64,000 nt of DNA from Octopus vulgaris (lineage: Eukaryota), in NCBI GenBank assembly GCA_951406725.2, contig OX597843.1, forward strand, positions 8,928,001-8,992,000, read 5' to 3'. Each line of letters opens with the position of its first letter. Position 1 is the first letter of the stretch. Position numbers and translations under genes: made by a program. This document shows, in pieces, positions 56,955-64,000 of this stretch. Below the pieces are notes generated by a model. It made no database searches. It saw nothing but the letters and a program-made list of their open reading frames with translations, and had not been told where the DNA came from.

Positions 56955-57345
56955 AATAGACGGTATCTCAGACTTCCCCATCTCTTTTGAAATTTGGCCC
57001 TGAAAGTTCGTTTTTCCGTCAGCGAGTCGATGACCTTCTGCGTTTCGATTCGCTTTGGATCTCGACAAAGTGGGGGTGGGGGTCTCATTAAAAAAATTTT
57101 TCTTTTTCCACATTTCCTGGGGGTGACATTCGTGGTAGGTCTTTCAGATTGCTCATCGTCTTTCACGGACGTCCTTCAGCTTTTGAAGCGCCCGTGCCAC
57201 TCGAAACCCTGTCTCTGAACCCATTGCCTCCTCGCCATAAACCTGCCATAACATGCTCAATGTCTCTGCAGCAGACATCCCTAGTGTATGTTCGCTCTGT
57301 GCTTCTGTCCATGACAAAAATCGCGGGCAAAAGCATACGCGGAAG
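56955..57345 (-). pseudogene. Internally deleted, frameshifted mariner (Tc1/mariner) transposase remnant
   Basis: LGMSAAETLSMLWQVYGEEAMG / FEWHGRFKS*RTSVKDDEQSERPTT matches the mariner N-terminal HTH region (WxxRFKxGxxSxxDDxRSGRP). It is joined to the C-terminal-like ETQKVIDSLTE...FQKRW. No TIRs recognised. Confidence 0.82.
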
Positions 57346-57855
57346 GTGTCCTTCCTTGTGGTTGTTTAGCCCCAGATCTGTCTTCATCCAATTAAACCCA
57401 AATCAAAGATGTTCCAGATATAAAACATCCCGTCTTTGATTCAGGCATAGTGTATCTAGGACTACATTATCTAATGTGTCCTTCCTTGTGGTTGTTTAGC
57501 CCCGGGTCAATCCTGATCCAGCACACCTATGATCAAAGATGTTCCAGCTGTGACCACCCTGTCTTTTAGACCCAGGTCAGTCCTGATCCAGAAAACCTAT
57601 GATCAAAGACATTCAAGCTGTGGCCATCCTGTTTTTGATTCGGGCATAGTGTATCTAGGACTACATTATCTAATGTGTCCTTCCTTCCTTGTTTAGCCCC
57701 AAGTCAGGTCTGATCCAGTAGACGTATGATCAAAGATGTTCCAGCTGTGACCATCCTGTCATTTATTCAGGCATAGTGTATCTAGGACTACATTATCTAA
57801 TGTGTCCTTGTTGTTTAGCCCCAGGTCAGTCCTGATCCAGCAGACCTATGATCAC
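57346..57855. repeat. Tandem array of ~127-bp units (four plus a half unit)
   Basis: GTTTAGCCCC...CCTGATCCAG...TATGATCAAAGATGTTCCAG...GGCATAGTGTATCTAGGACTACATTATCTAATGTGTCC recurs. Confidence 0.9.
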
Positions 57856-57914
57856 CTACGATGGTGGTGGTAACGATAACGATGGGGGGGTGCTCCTGCT
57901 GCTGCTGTTGCTGT

Positions 57915-58275
57915 TGAGTGAAGCGGTCTTCGTCCCCAGTGGTAGAAGACCGAAGCGTGGTCCTTTGCTATTCGTAAGACCCGCAGAAGAGAGAAAGCAG
58001 GTCAACCGCCGACACCGAGAGCATCGACGGATGGATGAAAGCGCATCCAGGCTCAGCAGTTGAGTAGGAAGGCGGGGACAAGAAACAGGAAGAAAGAGTG
58101 AGAGAAAGTTGGGGCGAAAGAGTACAGCAGGGGTCGCCACCATCCCCTGCCGGAACTGCGTGGAGCTTTAGGTGTTTTCGCTCAATAAACACACACAACG
58201 CCCGGGCTGGGAATCGAAACCGCGTTCTTACGACCGCGAGTCCGCTGCCCTAACCACTTGGCCATTGCGCCTCCA
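57915..58275 (-). mobile_element. tRNA-derived SINE, further family
   Basis: Minus-strand head TGGCCAAGTGGTTAGGGCAGCGGACTCGCGGTC...GGTTTCGATTCCC. The body segment GAAGAAAGAGTGAGAGAAAG...GAAAGAGTACAGCAGGG is shared with 19454-19499. Confidence 0.75.
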
Positions 58276-58299
58276 CTGCTGCTGCTGCTGCAGATGGTG

Positions 58300-58490
58300 G
58301 TGATGGTAGTGTTGGCGGTGGTGGTGGTAGGGGTGATGGCGGCGGTGGTGGCGGTGGTGGTGGTTACGGTGGCGGTGGTGGTGGTCATGACAGCTTTGTT
58401 AATTGACAACCGCTATATTGTTAAACATTAACGATGTGACGGCCATATTATTATGGTCGCTGAGGTAGTGGTGGTAGTGGCGGTGATGGG

Positions 58491-58561
<71 letters not shown>

Positions 58562-58905
58562 CGTGGTCGTGGTGATGCTGGTGATGGTGTTAGTGTTGGT
58601 GATGATGGAGGTGGTGGTGTCGTTGTTGTTGGTGGGGCTGATGAAGGTGTCGGTGGTGGAGGTGGCTTCGGTGGTAGTGCGGGTGGTGGTGGAGGTGGTG
58701 GTGGTGGTGGTGGTGGTGGTGATGGTGTCGGTGGTGGAGTTGGCTGTGGTGGTGGTGGTGGTGGTGGTCGTCGTCGTCGTCGTTGTCGTCGTTGTCGTCG
58801 TTGTCGTCGTGGTGGTGGTGGCAGTGGTGGTGATGTTGTTGGTAGTGGTGTTTGTGTTGGTGGTAGTGATGGTGGTGGTGGTGGTGGTGGTGGTGGTGGT
58901 GGGTG
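58300..58905. repeat. (GGT)n/(AGT)n low-complexity tract
   Basis: Direct reading. Confidence 0.93.
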
Positions 58906-59435
58906 GTAAAGACATAAGCATGAAGATGTCACATTGGAAGCAGAAAGTAACCAAGACAAAACAAACGGGTGGATGGCGGGGTATCTGTAAGTCTCTATGA
59001 GCCAATTACGAAAGAATCTATGAAGAGCGGGGTGAAGGCAGAGGAAGGGGGGAGTCATGGCGGTTCAGAGCGGGGGGAGGGGGGGAGTAGAGAGAGATAG
59101 AAAGGGAGAAGGGGAAGGAGGAGGAAGGCGATTGGGATGACGGCGGGGGGAAAGGTTAGGGGTGAAGGCGTGGCTTTATTGTTGTAGGGGTCACGGACTC
59201 CCAGATCCGTATTGTAAGGGTTAGTCTAGTGTGATATATTAAGTAGGGATCCGAAGGGGGTCGGTGTGGTGGTGGCGGTGGCGGTGGCGGTAGGGGCGTA
59301 TTGTGTGCGTGGTGTGTTGTATGCGCGTGTGTGTGTGTGTGTGTGTATGTATTGTGTATGTGTGCGTCTTGCATACGTGTGTGCGTGTGTATATAATTCT
59401 GTATGTGTGTATAATTTTTGTGTATATTTTGTGTA

Positions 59436-59995
59436 CTCTTCTACTTGTTTCAGTCATTTAGACTGTGGCCATGCTGGAGCACCGCCTTTAGTCGAGCAAC
59501 TCGACCCCCGGGACTTATTCTTTGTACGCCCAGTACTTATTCTATCGGTCTCTTTTGCCGAACCGCTAGGTTACTGGAACGTAAACACACCAGCATCGGT
59601 TGTCAAGCAATGCTAGGGGGACAAACACAGACACACAAACATATACATACACATACATATATATACATATATACGACAAGCTTCTTTCGGTTTCTGTCTA
59701 CCAAATCCACTCACAAGGCTTTGGTCGGCCCGAGGCTATAGCAGAAGACACTTGCCCAAGATGCCACGCAGTGGGACTGAACCCAGAACCATGTGGTTGG
59801 TAAACAAGCTACTTACCAACAGCCACTCCTGCGCCTATGTGTGTATTTTTGTGTGTATTGTGTGTGTGTATGTGTGTGAAAGCTGGTCGGCCCGAGGCTG
59901 TAGTAGATGACACTTGCCCAAGGTGCCACGCAGTGGTACTGAACCTGGAACCATGTGGTTGGTAAGCAAGTTACTTAACATAGACCCACTCCACA
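59436..59995 (-). mobile_element. SINE family A full length (59436-59836) plus an extra 5' fragment (59884-59995)
   Basis: Homology to family A. Confidence 0.9.
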
Positions 59996-60121
59996 TATAT
60001 ATACTAATTAAAATTAAGGATAAAATCGTTATTTCTTTTCTAAGGTAGTCAGCATGTAATAACCAATGAAGGTAAAAAATTAATAGAATTTATAATTTTG
60101 TAATTATTTTTATTTTTATTC

Positions 60122-60683
60122 TATTCTTTTTTTATCTAGTTTCAGCTCACAAGCTGTGGCCAAGCTGGGGCACCACCATTTGGTGTTGCTACATGATTTT
60201 ACTTCACGAATGCTTTTTAGCAATTGCCATTTGGTGCATGAGAGATTTCGATGCAGCTGCCCTCATCTGCTCCTCCTGCCGTGAAGTTGGTTCATCTGGG
60301 ACACCTGACAAGAAGAGATCCAGTTTCATTTTAAAGACATCTGCATGCACCCCATGCAGGTCTCTCCGGTTCTTCGGGAGGATATTGAAGAGCTGTGGGC
60401 CTCGGAAGCCCAGGCTATCACAGTATCTTGTCCTACATCTTGATGGCAAATTTGGAGTCCTTGGCACCATGCAGTGGCGCCCAGTTCTGGCATTTGTGTA
60501 ACTCTCGATGCCGAAGTTTGGGACAAGTCCTTCTAGGATCTTCCAGATGTATATTATGGCATATCTTTCTCGCCTACGCTCTAAGGAATAGAGTCTCAAT
60601 CTCTTGAGTCTTTCCCAATAGCTTATATGTTGCACAGAGGCTATCTTCTTCGTGTAGCTTCGTTGGATCGCCTCAAGTTCTGT
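60122..60683 (-). mobile_element. CR1-group LINE 3' end, 5'-truncated (ORF2 C-terminus 60204-60683)
   Basis: TELEAIQRSYTKKIASVQHISYWERLKRLRLYSLERRRERYAIIYIWKILEG...LFNILP...FKMKLDLFL, typical of the CR1/L2 ORF2 C-terminus; uninterrupted frame. Confidence 0.92.
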
Positions 60684-60684
60684 G

Positions 60685-60984
60685 AGTATATTTATAAGAC
60701 CATATTCAGAGCAAAAAGCGAGTCTTTGCAACAGATCACATAAAATGGCGAAAGAAGAAGCCAAATGGCGCAAAAGTACCTCACGTAAACACCCAGGGAA
60801 ACCGAGGAAATATACGAAAAGATTCATGATCTTATTCATAACGGAACCTGTTCATGAATATTTTCGTATATTTCCTCGGTTTCACTGGGTGTTTACGTGA
60901 GAAGTTTTGCGCAAATTTTCAGATTGTGGTGTGGCCTGTTGTAAGAATCGCTTTTTGCCCTGAACATAGCTTTATAAATATACT
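60685..60984. mobile_element. Foldback/MITE-like palindromic element
   Basis: Outer arms AGTATATTTATAA...CAGAGCAAAAAGCGA / TCGCTTTTTGCCCTG...TTATAAATATACT; inner arms 60768-60829 and 60852-60912. Confidence 0.75.
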
Positions 60985-61017
60985 TATAAAATTATATATT
61001 CTATATATGTGTGTGTG

Positions 61018-61064
<47 letters not shown>

Positions 61065-61215
61065 CATACATACATACATACATACATACATACATACATA
61101 CATACATACATACATACATACACAGGCACATACACACATATATACATACCTTGGAGATTTCAGGTATAGCTACATTAATGTGTCCACCTGTTCTAATTTA
61201 AATTCTGTCTTTGTG

Positions 61216-61298
61216 CAGCTGAGGATTGCTCTGCATTTTAAATTGATGTAATGATTGCATTGTTCAATTAAATGGAGTAACATGAAACGATCGTACTG
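61216..61298 (+). ncRNA. Hammerhead-like motif, canonical core, long stem II
   Basis: CAG-CTGAGGA-TTGCTC...GAGTAA-CAT-GAA-ACGATCGT-A-CTG: palindromic ACGATCGT, with 3 unpaired nt before GAAA. Confidence 0.55.
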
Positions 61299-61412
61299 AA
61301 ATACCTCTGGATATCCTCGTTGCCTATTTTGATATATATATATATATATATATTAACGCATATTTTATTCATACATACACATAGATATATATTAACATAT
61401 ATACACATACCT

Positions 61413-61452
<40 letters not shown>

Positions 61453-61455
<3 letters not shown>

Positions 61456-61751
61456 TTATATATAAAAGTGAAGTTGTGTGTCTGTCTCCTCCGATTTAGA
61501 TCCCTAACTACTCCCACATTTTGCGGTGCAGTTTAACCAAAACCGGGTATCTTATAGTCGTGATTCATATTGAGCCCTTCTGGGTATTAGCGAGCGTCTA
61601 CGATGAGTCTACGATTTTAAAAAAAAATTACCATCATTTTTTTCCCATTTTTAATGCATTTTTTGCTATTATATAAGGGAAGTAACTCTCTAAAAATGAT
61701 TATATAATTATTTCCCTTACAAACCCGAGCAACGCCGGGTGATACTGCTAG
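61453..61751 (+). mobile_element. Non-autonomous Helitron
   Basis: 5' TC start after A, subterminal hairpin ACCCG-AGCAACGC-CGGGT at 61723-61740, 3' CTAG followed by T, no TSD. Confidence 0.85.
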
Positions 61752-61760
61752 TATATACTG

Positions 61761-61803
<43 letters not shown>

Positions 61804-62373
61804 CTCTGTATCTGTGTGTGTGTGTTTGTGACTGTATACACCCACACACACACACACACGCACACACACACGTACACACACATAGCTGTTTACCTAAGTC
61901 CATGTTCGCGTATGCTTGTTTTGTACCCGCCTCCAAAAATGACTTTCCGCCATGTAAACTCTTCGACAACCAATTACAAGACTTTCAGTAAACAACGGCA
62001 GCCACCACCACCGCCACCACCACAACCCGCTTCCTCCAACTTCCACCCTCGGTCTCTCTACTCATCACTCCTACGACCCCCCTTCCATTCTCTCTCTCTC
62101 TCTCTCTCTCTCCTAATTCTTATTATACTCTTACCATCACTCTGTATTCAATTACTTTGCGGCTTTTCGTCGGTGACATTGCCTGTCTGTCTGTAGGTCT
62201 GTCTGTAGGTCTGTCTGTCTGTAGGTCTGTCTGACTGCAGGTCTGTGTGTCTGTGTGTCTGTCTGTTCCCCGTTCCCGCTTTCGTCTTCTTCCGCTTCTC
62301 TTGGTCGGTCATTCAGGTTGACATCTATCGCCTTCTCTTATTTTTTCGTTATGAACGTGTGTGTGTATGTGTA

Positions 62374-62405
<32 letters not shown>

Positions 62406-62841
62406 TGTGTATGTGTGTGTATGTGTGTGTCTGTGTGCGTGTCTGTGTATGTGTATTTATGTGTGTGTATGTGTGTATGTGTGTATGATGTATGTGTGCG
62501 TGTCTGTGTATGTGTGTGTGTATGTGTATGTGTGTGTATGTGTGTGCGTGCCTGTGTATGTGTATATATGTATGTGTGTGTATGTGTGCGTGTCTGTGTA
62601 TGTGTGTGTGTATGTGTTTGTATGTGTGTGTATGTGTGTGTATGTGTATGTGTGTACATGTGTATGTGTGTGTATGTGTGTGTATGTGTGTGTGTGTGCA
62701 GATAAGTAACAGGCACGTTCTCATTTACACTCTCTTCGCCTAAACTGGAGTTGTGCGTACTTTACCGAACGGTGCTTCAAATTAAGTATCTAACTCAACT
62801 GAATCTTAATTATATTCTATGTTTTATATATAAAAATAAAT

Positions 62842-63088
62842 GCGCCCTTTTAAAGCCTAGTCAGGCTCACAGGCCAGGTTTCCCGGTTTCAATGGCGTAT
62901 GTGTTCCCCAGCTGGACGGGACGCCAGTCCATCGCAGCGTTACTCAGTTTTGCCAGATGAGTGTACTAGAGCAACGTGAAAGGAAGTGTTTTGCTCAAGA
63001 ACACAACGCGTCGCCCGGTCCAGGAATCGAAACCACAATCTTACGGTCATGATGCTGACACCATAACCACTAAGCTACGCGCATCCAC
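62842..63088 (-). mobile_element. SINE with a family C-type head/core and a V-domain-like 3' part
   Basis: Minus strand contains TGCGATGGACTGGCGTCCCGTCCAG (V-SINE-like) downstream of the shared core. Confidence 0.8.
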
Positions 63089-63105
63089 TTATATACATAT
63101 ATATA

Positions 63106-63510
63106 AGTGGCTGTGTGGTAAGTAGCTTGCTTACCAACCTCATGGTTCCGGGTTCAGTGCCACTGCGTGGCATCTGGGGCAAGTGTCTTCTGCTATAGCC
63201 TCGGGCCGACCAAAGCCTTGTGAGTGGATTTGGTAGACGGAAACTGAAAGAAGCCCGTCGTATATATGTATATATATATATATATATGTGTGTGTCTGCG
63301 TGTGTGTATATGTTTGTGTGTCTGTGTTTGTCCCCCTAGCATTGCTTGACAACCGATGCTGGTGTGCTTACGTCCCCGAAACTTAACGGTTCGGCAAAAG
63401 AGACCGATAGAATAAGTACTAGGCTTACAAAGAACAAGTCCTGGGGTCGATTTGCTCGACTAAAGGCGGTGCTCCAACATGGCCACAATCAAATGACTGA
63501 AACAAGTAAA

Positions 63511-63512
<2 letters not shown>
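63106..63512 (+). mobile_element. SINE family A
   Basis: Homology to family A. Confidence 0.92.
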
Positions 63513-63545
<33 letters not shown>

Positions 63546-64000
63546 GTATACAATGAGAGAGAGAGAGAGAGAGAGAGTCAGAGAGAGAGACAACAAGCCA
63601 CACATGTACGCACATACTTACACACATAGAACTACGCACACACACGCACTCTAACGTGGATCTGCAGACATTTTTTTATCAAAATGAAAAACAAGAAATG
63701 CTAATTAAAATTAAAGTAAACAACTTCAAAAAAAAGACATAGATTAAAAGACACATACACACAACATAAAAGACACATAATCACGCTCATAGATCTCCTT
63801 TCACATATACACGCATACACACCGCCACACACACACGATCTCAAAAGCACACAAAACGCACAGACATATCTCCATACACACATACACACTTCACAGCATC
63901 TCAAATACACACACACACACACACATACACACACGCACACAAAACGCACAGACATATCTCCATACACACATACACACTTCACAGCATCTCAAATACACAC

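Noticed and set aside
60204-60839. 211-aa ORF as an intact gene
   Set aside because: Chimeric: the N-terminal part comes from the foldback element and the rest is a truncated LINE ORF2.

Overview
AT-rich eukaryotic DNA saturated with microsatellites: (TA)n, (CA)n, (TACA)n, (GATA)n, (CAT)n, (GGT)n and (TAA)n. The SINE repertoire looks like Octopus (coleoid cephalopod); this is inferred from recognising the repeats, not verified. I found no recognisable host protein-coding gene, and almost all supplied ORFs are translated microsatellites. The region is probably intronic or intergenic. It holds at least 3 tRNA-derived SINE groups (>35 full or partial copies), fragments of CR1-group and R4/Dong-type non-LTR retrotransposons, a deleted mariner, a hAT MITE with an 8-bp TSD and a non-autonomous Helitron. 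The main hidden signal is about 20 minimal type I hammerhead ribozyme (HHR) motifs in short ORF-less elements, mostly lodged in (TA)n tracts. They belong to many unrelated sequence families, usually have a palindromic stem III and are often arranged as head-to-head inverted repeats, as expected for Penelope-like pLTR remnants. They include compensatory G3:C8 and U3:A8 catalytic-core swaps plus recurrent U4C and A6U variants. All structures were paired by eye; no folding or database search was run.
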